A stretch of 64,000 bases of DNA from positions 2,260-66,259 of the forward strand of contig CAYNPY010000008.1 in the NCBI GenBank assembly GCA_964399195.1. Direction: 5' to 3'. Below the pieces are notes generated by a model that was not told where the DNA came from, ran no database searches, and saw nothing but the letters and a program-made list of their open reading frames with translations. Below, piece after piece: positions 55,001 through 61,851 of this stretch; position 1 is the first letter of the stretch; every line of letters starts with the position of its first letter. Both the position numbers and the translations under genes were made by a program. The stretch is from an uncultured Fibrobacteraceae bacterium. Its GTDB lineage: Bacteria; Krumholzibacteriota; Krumholzibacteriia; LZORAL124-64-63.

Positions 55001-55221
55001 AGCTGGGCGGGCGTCAGGATCCGCGGCAGCAGCACCGCGGGGAGGCCCGAGCGCTCGAACAGGAGCTGGCCCAGCGTGCGGCAGGCGCGCGTCGACGGCA
55101 GCAGCACCAGCGCGGCGGTGAAGTCGCCGGCCGGGGCGCCGGGCAGGCGGCGGCACAACTCGGCGGCGACGGCCGCCAGGGGCGATTCGGTCAGCGGCAG
55201 CGGCAGGACCTGCGGTCGCAC
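51994..55221 (-). CDS. addB: AddB-type PD-(D/E)XK nuclease subunit (no Walker A; Cys cluster)
   Basis: GTG 55221 after AAGGGAAG. Nuclease motif AVLDFKTG...LQVLLY. Cysteines at WRECPY and CDRCDWRGVC, consistent with an Fe-S staple. It sits immediately upstream of addA. Confidence 0.8.
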   Translation of the reverse strand: MRPQVLPLPLTESPLAAVAAELCRRLPGAPAGDFTAALVLLPSTRACRTLGQLLFERSGLPAVLLPRILTPAQLATEAVTALGLQPSAKPPAAANRALILSHELVARGWLQGPSETAPGLAQELVRAFDEIRRQRLADLLLGPAPLEAALARMAVRAAEAEATAAELRSLREAWRLYRDNVPHDEVDTLVSLAARLETPAGGDAPARWPAPAPALAVAAGFTRLDPVTAAPMRAALAAAATSLVVVPAGDDALTRRLLATWDPRDERGGPLGPARRAAALLGADPAAGGGAAVDDARAPADATIPALRERLVELDEQLPPLPKPGPGAALQCLACGTAEHEAAVIADVVVRRLQEPDGAVARVAVAVPDRKLAARVSARLRDAGLDVDNTHGEPLSAQPAGLLLRFALRAALTGLRGEAVLELLAHPYVALPAPGGNHGLWTLRLERLLRSDEAFQGGQASLLLRAREHDEAARAVLRRAADGMEAFVAAIGEALAPLLAAGARPTAPWAEHLTALRRCWAALAPEQPLGRNAERADVIAAARLLDELEADAGLLPPVTSADFAADLGRALAAALAPPHRDPGLGLLVTGHLEARLERFDLLVVGGLADGALPRRPARPAFLGARAREALGLPGRRDSLDADAELFLRLLHGAPRVVLTWPGEDDRAPVLPSPLVERLLLVHGLAATDASLLAGRPAAWSARPAAGREAAVAAQRAFLAEPQPAPLLAPARPVERLSWSSLKQWRECPYAFLLERRFALRRDEDVRREFGRREYGQRAHDALRRFLEPGTPGHAALAAGDRGGALAAFAMAVNAAFGPGDARQPDRALWREAFLQLGEPVVAHELDRFAIWRPVGFEVPFELPLARLLEWLRTDLESAADDEALALLATLPAELPAAAAAVVLEGSIDRLDAGAAGAPRLAVLDFKTGDLHAKKEVARGEELQVLLYAAAVAAGAELVPGGGGALPAGAGIAEGAYYALAPGAVIGARVDLPALDGEGRPLLREGAARLVRLACEAAAPDGPFPLVPRAAGGERLSRLPCDRCDWRGVCRLEEADLPAPLRRRVETLVNQKEDQW

Positions 55222-55405
55222 GGGCGGGACTTCCCTTGGCCGGGGCGGCGGACGCGGCGAGTCGGCATCATCGTGCGCGGGACCATAGCACGACGAGGGC
55301 TGGGGCGTCGAGGCAGCCCGGCGACGAATCCGGCCGGGTCATCCGGCGCTGCCGAACGGACGCCGACGACGTCGGAATTAGCAGGCGAAGCGGGCGACAG
55401 CCCGT

Positions 55406-56353
55406 TCATTCCGGTCCGAAGGCCGCCTTGTGCCCCTGCAGCCACTGCTCGAAGCTCTGGAGCTGCGGGTTCAGCCGCCGCGACGTCTCGACCTGTCGCA
55501 GCCCGGCGAACGTCTCCGCGAACTCCTGCTTGAACTGGAACATGTTGCCCAGGTCATCGGCGCCCGGGAAGCCCAGGCTGCGGTAGACGTCCAGGGCGAT
55601 ATCGCGGTACTTCACCGGCCGGCCCAGCACGCGGCTGAAGCCGGCGGCCATCTCGGCGCCGGTGAGGTGCTCGCCCGCGATACCCAGGGATTGCGGCACG
55701 CCATCGGGTCCCGCCTTGAAGACTCCCAGGGCGCAGCGACCGATGTCCTCCACCGCGATGCCCGGAAGACGCGACTCGCCCAACGGCAAGGTGATGGTCA
55801 ACTCACCGTCGGGTCCCGGCTGGGGCCCCATGCCGAAGGCGACGAAGTTGTCCCAGTAGAACGAGGTGTGCAGCAGCGTGACGGGAAGGCCGCGGTCCGT
55901 GAAGCACCGATTGGCCTCGCCCTTGGCGTCGAAGTGGGGCACGTTGTACTTCTCCATCAGCACCGGCATGCGGCCGCTGCCGACGGGCAACAGGACTCGG
56001 GTGTCCTCGAGCGTGGACCAGATGACGTGCTTCAGGCCGGCGTCCTTGGTGCACTTGGCCATGGCGTCGGCCTGGGCCCATTCCTTCGCGGGGGAGAAGT
56101 GCTCCCAGAAATTCGTGACGCAGAAGGCGCCCCACGCGCCATCGAGGGCGCGGGCGAGCGAAGCGGTGTCGTCGAGATCGGCGGCAACGACTTCGGCTCC
56201 GGCTTCCCTGAGGGCCACAGCGGCGTCCGATTCGGGTTTGCGGGTGACGGCGCGGACGCTGAAGGCGGCGGCGGGATCGGCCAGTATGGCCCGGGCCAGG
56301 CCGCCACCCTGGGCTCCGGTGGCGCCGAAGACGGTGATCAGGCGTTTGTTCAT
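55406..56353 (-). CDS. NmrA family NAD(P)-binding protein
   Basis: ATG after AAGGAG. ITVFGATGAQGG Rossmann motif. NmrA-like length and the HVIWSTLED / VPHFDAKG blocks. Confidence 0.9.
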   Translation of the reverse strand: MNKRLITVFGATGAQGGGLARAILADPAAAFSVRAVTRKPESDAAVALREAGAEVVAADLDDTASLARALDGAWGAFCVTNFWEHFSPAKEWAQADAMAKCTKDAGLKHVIWSTLEDTRVLLPVGSGRMPVLMEKYNVPHFDAKGEANRCFTDRGLPVTLLHTSFYWDNFVAFGMGPQPGPDGELTITLPLGESRLPGIAVEDIGRCALGVFKAGPDGVPQSLGIAGEHLTGAEMAAGFSRVLGRPVKYRDIALDVYRSLGFPGADDLGNMFQFKQEFAETFAGLRQVETSRRLNPQLQSFEQWLQGHKAAFGPE

Positions 56354-56805
56354 GGGTCGGGCTCCTTATGGCAAAGGCGCGGCGCGCCGGAAGATCGACA
56401 TCGCGGCCCGGTGGGGCCGTGGATGAACGAAGTCGCCACAGGATAATCGATGTCTGACTTCACGGCAGAGGATAGTCGAAACAGACCACCATTCCCCTCG
56501 CCAAACCCTCGCGATAGCCCCCTGGCACCCCCTGTGTCTCCCCCACCTGACCGCCGTTTCCACCCGACCGGCTCGGCGGGCGGCAACCCCATGATCGCGC
56601 GCCTGCTCGCGCCGTCGCAGCGTCGCCGCCGCCGGCCTGGCCGAGGCCGTCACCGCCGCGCGCCGCGCCGCGTTGGGCGCCAGCGCGACGGCACCGCGTC
56701 AGGCGTGGCCGCCACCGCCAATAATGCTCCCCAGGCCGACCCGGGCCTGGTGTACCATTGCCGGGTTCCACGATGCCGCATACCGAAAGCGCGCGGGAGG
56801 ATGTC

Positions 56806-57387
56806 ATGAAGGTGAAATCAATGGTCGTCGCCACGCTGTGTATGCTGCTGCCGGCCGGACAGGCGGCCGGCGACCTGGTTCCGGACCAGGACAGTTTCGG
56901 GGTCTATTTCGACACGGTCGGCAATGCCATGGAGACCAGTGTCGGGCCGTTCACGCCGTACAACGCCTACCTTCTGGTGCTGAACCCCTCGGCCCCCATC
57001 GATGCGTTCGAATGCACGGTCACGCGGGTCGGTGGGCCGTGCTACGTGCTCTCGCAGGACCTCGGCGAGGGAGCCGTCGATGCCGACGCCACGGCCGACG
57101 GCTTCCGCGTGACGCGCGCCACGCCGTATCCCGTGCTGTACGGCGCGGTCGTGCTGGCGAACTGGATGTGGATGCAGCAGTCCTGGCAGGGCATGTGGGT
57201 CTTCATCGGTCCCGGCTCGGACCCCCTGCTGCCCGGCGGCCTGCCGGTGCTCGGCAGCGGCGGCACCTATCGCCAGGGCGTCATCTGGACGGGCTCGGAC
57301 GGCTTTCCCGTGGCCTGCGTCAATGTGTACTGCGTGAGCGCCGACGAGCCCACCACCTTCGGCGCCCTCAAGAGCCTCTACCGCTGA
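56806..57387 (+). CDS. Small secreted protein, C-terminal-tail family (ends ...EPTTFGALKSLYR)
   Basis: Nested ATG 56806 after GGGAGGA. Signal peptide MKVKSMVVATLCMLLPAGQAAG. The passenger is unlike the other family members. Confidence 0.8.
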   Translation: MKVKSMVVATLCMLLPAGQAAGDLVPDQDSFGVYFDTVGNAMETSVGPFTPYNAYLLVLNPSAPIDAFECTVTRVGGPCYVLSQDLGEGAVDADATADGFRVTRATPYPVLYGAVVLANWMWMQQSWQGMWVFIGPGSDPLLPGGLPVLGSGGTYRQGVIWTGSDGFPVACVNVYCVSADEPTTFGALKSLYR

Positions 57388-57454
57388 TACCGCCGTCGCC
57401 CGGTCGAGTCCCCGCGCGCCTTGCGGCGGTGGGCAGCGGTAGGACCGGCAGGCT

Positions 57455-57504
57455 GTTGCGCCGGCGCAACTGTGGCGTCGTCGTGAGACTTGCGCCGGCG
57501 CAAG
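57455..57504. repeat. Two perfect 16-bp palindromes (GTTGCGCCGGCGCAAC, CTTGCGCCGGCGCAAG) 18 bp apart
   Basis: Copies at 57455-57470 and 57489-57504, in the convergent intergenic region. The second is identical to 4105..4120. Either stacked terminator hairpins or REP-like/operator elements. Confidence 0.7.
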
Positions 57505-57685
57505 TCGTTGCTCGTGACGAATCGTGATTCGCTCCGAAGGAAGTAGGAACGCAAGGCGGCGGCCGCCGACGGTCAGCCCGTCGCCGCAGTGCGTGCCGGT
57601 TCGTTGAACGAACTGGTCGTTCATGGCACCTGCCATGAAACATCGGATCACGGCGCACATTCACCACCACGCCGCGTGGCGCCGG

Positions 57686-58684
57686 CTACTTGACGAGCAC
57701 GAGCGTGCGCGTCTGCGCCACGCCCGACGACACGAGCCGGCAGGCGTACACGCCCGCGGCCACCGCCTGGCCGTCGGCGTCGCGTCCGTCCCAGGCGACG
57801 TCGCCCGGCCCGCCCGGCAGGAAGCCGTCCACGAGCGTGCGCACCAGGCGGCCGGCAGCGTCGTGGATGGAGATCCGGGCGCCCGCGCCGCCGGCGGGGA
57901 TCTCGAAACGGATCCGCGTCGACGGGTTGAACGGGTTCGGCGCGTTGCCCAGCAGCCGCGCCGCGGCCGCGGGAAGCGGCGCCGAGCTGGTGGCGCCGCC
58001 CACGGTGACGGTGAGGTTGTCGATGGCCCACGATTCGTCCGTGCCGCCCTGCCAGTTCTGCGCGGCGCCCCCCGAGACGGCGCCCAGCCGCCAGGTCACG
58101 GTCAGGGTCGAGGCCGTGTGCGGGATGCCGCTGAACGCCGGCTCCAGCGACAGGTCGTAGGCGCGGTCGCGGCCGTAGTACGAGCCCGCGGACCAGCCGA
58201 GGTTGGTGCCCGAGCTGAGCAGGGCGCCCGCCGGCGCCGCGTAGCTGGAGGCATCGCCGGTCGCCAGCTGGAACCAGTGCGAGAACAACAGCTGGCCGTC
58301 GACGAGGACCTCCATCAGCTCGGTCCCGTCCCACGAATCGATCAGCGCCAGCAGGAACGACAGCGAGACGTGCGTGTGCGGGGGCAGGTCCGCCAGCGTG
58401 AGGGTGGTCTCGTGCAGCGTCTGCGTGTGGTAGCGCAGCACGTTGCCGCCGAACTGGTTGCCCGGGGCGCCGAGCCCGGCCAGGCCCTGGGCGGTCTCGG
58501 TGCGCACGCCGGCGCCGGTCAGCTGGGCGGGGATGCCGGCTTCGAAATCGGTCGTGAAGACGACCTCGGCGGCGGCCGGCGCGGCCGCGGCCAGCAAGGC
58601 AGCCAATGACGGGACGGCCAGCGCCGGGACAGCCGGCGCGTGCCGGGCGCGGCCGGTCCGGTCCCGGGAACGGATGTGCCACAT
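57686..58684 (-). CDS. Secreted protein with FlgD/T9SS-like C-terminal domain (N-domain unknown, lectin/jelly-roll-like)
   Basis: ATG after GAGGAGAA. Signal peptide ...LLAAAAPAAA. The CTD starts LLGNAPNPFNPSTRIRF and ends RTLVLVK. Confidence 0.85.
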   Translation of the reverse strand: MWHIRSRDRTGRARHAPAVPALAVPSLAALLAAAAPAAAEVVFTTDFEAGIPAQLTGAGVRTETAQGLAGLGAPGNQFGGNVLRYHTQTLHETTLTLADLPPHTHVSLSFLLALIDSWDGTELMEVLVDGQLLFSHWFQLATGDASSYAAPAGALLSSGTNLGWSAGSYYGRDRAYDLSLEPAFSGIPHTASTLTVTWRLGAVSGGAAQNWQGGTDESWAIDNLTVTVGGATSSAPLPAAAARLLGNAPNPFNPSTRIRFEIPAGGAGARISIHDAAGRLVRTLVDGFLPGGPGDVAWDGRDADGQAVAAGVYACRLVSSGVAQTRTLVLVK

Positions 58685-58887
58685 GGTTGTTTCTCCTCGA
58701 ATTGGGCGTTCACGCGGCCAGGACTGCGTCTAAACAATAGAGAGTCACTCCGGAATCGATAATCACACCGGGCCGGCGCCGCCGCCCCCCGGCGCGGCCG
58801 TTGACCGCCGGGCGGCGTCGGTGCTAGAAGTCGACACCGAGCGCGGCCCCGGCCCGTGGCCGCCGCCCCCACCCGAAAGGACCTCCC

Positions 58888-61707
58888 ATGCCCCGACGTC
58901 TGCTGCCGGCGACCCTGCTGGTCGCGCTGCTGCTGCCCCTGCTGGTCGCGACCGCGCCCGCGCGCGCCGCCGACCCGGCCGCTCCCCTGCCGCTGGATGC
59001 GGCCGTGGTGACCGGCGCCCTGCCCAACGGCCTGCGCTACTACGTGCGCCCGAACGCGAAGCCGGAGCAGCGCGCCGCGCTGTGGCTGGTCGTCGGCGCC
59101 GGCGCCGTCGACGAGGACGACGACCAGAACGGCCTGGCGCACCTGATCGAGCACATGGCGTTCAACGGCACCGAGAACTTCCCGCGCCAGGCGCTGGTCA
59201 GCTACCTGGAGTCGATCGGGATGCAGTTCGGCCCGGAGGTCAACGCCTACACGAGCCAGAACGAGACCGTGTACCTGCTGCAGGTGCCCACCGACAAGCC
59301 CGAGCTGCTGGACACCGGACTGCGCATCCTGGAAGAGTGGGCGCACCGCATCAGCTTCGAGGACGCGGAGGTCGACAAGGAGCGCGGCGTCGTCATCGAG
59401 GAATGGCGCCTGGGCCGCGGCGCCGACGAGCGCATGAGCGACGCCCAGATGCCGATCCTCTACAAGGGCTCGCGCTACGCCGAGCGGAACGTGATCGGCG
59501 ACCCGGAGATCCTGCGGAACGCCTCCTACGAGACGATCAAGCGCTACTACCGCGACTGGTACCGGCCCGACCTGATGGCGGTGGTGGCGGTGGGCGACTT
59601 CGACGCCGCCGCGGTCGAGGCCCGCATCCGCGAGCTGTTCGGCGCCATCCCCGCCCGCGCCGAGCCGCGCCCCCGGCTGCAGCCCGAGGTGCCGGACCAC
59701 GCCGAGACGCTGTTCGCGATCACGACCGACCCGGAGGCCAGCGGCAGCGGCGTGTCGCTGGTGGTCAAGCACGCGCTGTGGCCGGAGGGCACCGTCGGCG
59801 ACTACCGCGACGGCCTGCGCGGCCTGCTGGCCAACGCGATGCTGCGCGCGCGGCTGGGCGAGCTGGCGCGGCAGGCCGACCCGCCCTTCAGCGGCGCCTT
59901 CGCCATGGACCGTCCTATGGCGCGCACGAAGGGCATGTTCATGCTGCGCGCCTCGGTCAAGGAGGACGGCATCGCGCGCGGGTTCGAGGCGCTGCTGACC
60001 GAGCTGGAGCGGGCGCGCCGGCACGGCTTCACCGAGGGCGAGCTGGCCCGCGCCAAGGCCGAGGCGCTGCGGCAGGCCGAGCAGGCCGCGGCAGAGGCGG
60101 ACAAGACCGAGTCGCAGCGCCACGCGCGCGCGCTGCAGGGGCACTTCCTGCGCGGCTCGCCGTACGTCGATGCCGCCGCGCGCCTGCAGCTGGCCCGCGA
60201 CCTGCTGCCGGGCATCACCGTCGACGAGGTCGAGGCGCGCCTGCGCGACATGGCCGACACCGGCAGCCGCGTCGTGACGGTCGAGGCGCCGCGCAAGGAC
60301 GGCCTGGCCGTGCCGACGGAGGCCGAGCTGGCCGCCGTCATGGCGGCGGTGCAGGCGCGGGAGATCCCGCCCTATGTCGACGCCGTGGTGGACGAGCCGC
60401 TGGTGGCGAACGTGCCGGCGCCGGCGGCCATCACCGCGCGCGAGACCGACCCGGAGCTGGGCACCACGACCTGGACGCTGGCCAACGGCGTGCGCGTGGT
60501 GCTGAAGCCGACGGACTTCAAGAACGACGAGATCCTGATGTCGGCGACCAGCCCCGGCGGCAGCTCCACGCTGCTGGACGACGCCGCCTGGGCGCGCGTG
60601 ACCGGCGCGGCGGGCATCGTCGGCGCCAGCGGCGCCGGCGCCTTCGACCAGACGGCGCTACAGAAGAAGCTGGCGGGCCGGCTGGTCAGGGTCATGCCGT
60701 TCGTGGGCGCCTACGAGGAGGGCCTGCGCGGCAGCGCCTCGCCGCAGGACCTCGAGACGATGCTGCAGCTGACCTGGCTGCTGGCGACCTCGCCGCGCCA
60801 GGACGAGACGGCCTTCCGCTCGCTGCTGGAGCGCCAGCGCGCGTTCCTGCAGAACCGCGCGGCCGATCCGGAGGCCGCGTTCCGCGACTCGGTCACCGTG
60901 GTCGTGACGGGGCACCACCCGCGCCGGCTGCCGCCGCGCCTGGAGGACCTGGACCGGCAGGACCTGGCGGCCTCGTACGCCTTCTACCGCGAGCGCTTCG
61001 GCGACTGCGGCGACTTCACGTTCTTCCTGGTCGGGGCCATCGACCCCGTGGCGGCCGAGCCGCTGGTGCGCACCTGGTTGGGCAACCTGCCGAGCGGCGG
61101 CCGGCGCGAGACCTGGCGCGACGAGGGCGTGATCCCGCCGCGCGGCGTGCAGGAGCGCGTGCTGCACCGCGGCGCCGAGCCCAAGGGCATGGTCGAGATG
61201 GTCTTCATGGCCAGGCGCGAATGGAGCTGGCCGGCCGAGGTCGCCATGGACGCCCTGGTCGACGTGCTGCGCATCAGGCTGCGCGAGACGATCCGCGAGG
61301 ACATGAGCGGCACCTACGGCGTGCGGGTCGGCGGCGGGCTCAGCCGCATCCCCTACGGGTACCACCAGCTGACCGTGGGCTGGGGCTGCGACCCCGGCCG
61401 CGTGGACGAGCTGACCGAGGCGGTGTGGACGCAGCTGCGCGACATCGCCGCCAACGGCCCGGACCCCGAGACGCTGGCCAAGGTCGCCGAGACCTGGCGG
61501 CGCGACGACGAGACCAACCTCAAGCGCAACGACTACTGGCTCGGCGAACTGGTCCGGCACCAGCGCGTGGGCACGGACCCGCGCCTGATCCTGCAGGGCG
61601 CCGCGCTGGCCGACGGCTTGAGCGCCGACGTGGTGAAGGAGGCCGCGCGCGCGGTGATCGACCCGCAGAACGTGGTCAAGGTGGTGCTGCTGCCGCAGGA
61701 GGGGTGA
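58888..61707 (+). CDS. M16 family (pitrilysin/insulinase-like) zinc peptidase, double-length, secreted
   Basis: Signal peptide ...LLVATAPARA. Inverted zinc motif HLIEHMAFNGTENF. Four M16-like half-domains, judged by length. Confidence 0.9.
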   Translation: MPRRLLPATLLVALLLPLLVATAPARAADPAAPLPLDAAVVTGALPNGLRYYVRPNAKPEQRAALWLVVGAGAVDEDDDQNGLAHLIEHMAFNGTENFPRQALVSYLESIGMQFGPEVNAYTSQNETVYLLQVPTDKPELLDTGLRILEEWAHRISFEDAEVDKERGVVIEEWRLGRGADERMSDAQMPILYKGSRYAERNVIGDPEILRNASYETIKRYYRDWYRPDLMAVVAVGDFDAAAVEARIRELFGAIPARAEPRPRLQPEVPDHAETLFAITTDPEASGSGVSLVVKHALWPEGTVGDYRDGLRGLLANAMLRARLGELARQADPPFSGAFAMDRPMARTKGMFMLRASVKEDGIARGFEALLTELERARRHGFTEGELARAKAEALRQAEQAAAEADKTESQRHARALQGHFLRGSPYVDAAARLQLARDLLPGITVDEVEARLRDMADTGSRVVTVEAPRKDGLAVPTEAELAAVMAAVQAREIPPYVDAVVDEPLVANVPAPAAITARETDPELGTTTWTLANGVRVVLKPTDFKNDEILMSATSPGGSSTLLDDAAWARVTGAAGIVGASGAGAFDQTALQKKLAGRLVRVMPFVGAYEEGLRGSASPQDLETMLQLTWLLATSPRQDETAFRSLLERQRAFLQNRAADPEAAFRDSVTVVVTGHHPRRLPPRLEDLDRQDLAASYAFYRERFGDCGDFTFFLVGAIDPVAAEPLVRTWLGNLPSGGRRETWRDEGVIPPRGVQERVLHRGAEPKGMVEMVFMARREWSWPAEVAMDALVDVLRIRLRETIREDMSGTYGVRVGGGLSRIPYGYHQLTVGWGCDPGRVDELTEAVWTQLRDIAANGPDPETLAKVAETWRRDDETNLKRNDYWLGELVRHQRVGTDPRLILQGAALADGLSADVVKEAARAVIDPQNVVKVVLLPQEG

Positions 61708-61745
61708 GCGGGGCGGCTCACGCCGCGGAATGTCGCTGTCGCAGC

Positions 61746-61771
61746 GGGAGCCCGGCTTCGGCCGGGCTCCC
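61746..61771 (+). terminator. Intrinsic terminator hairpin after the M16 gene
   Basis: Perfect 11-bp stem GGGAGCCCGGC / GCCGGGCTCCC with a TTCG loop, followed by TGTTGT. Confidence 0.75.
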
Positions 61772-61851
61772 TGTTGTAGCCGGCCCGCCGAAGCCGTACC
61801 ATGGCCCCTTCGCCCGGCCGACGGATACCCTCCCGATCCGACAGGACGGAC

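Noticed and set aside
56450-56809. The 119-aa ORF in the long NmrA / tail-gene spacer.
   Set aside because: Pro/Arg/Gly-rich low-complexity translation, no RBS and no motif. Treated as non-coding.
57599-57613. GTTCGttgaaCGAAC as a fourth functional operator of the glucan regulon.
   Set aside because: The core spacing matches, but the flanks differ and it lies between convergent 3' ends, not in a promoter. It is reported only as a note under the operator finding.
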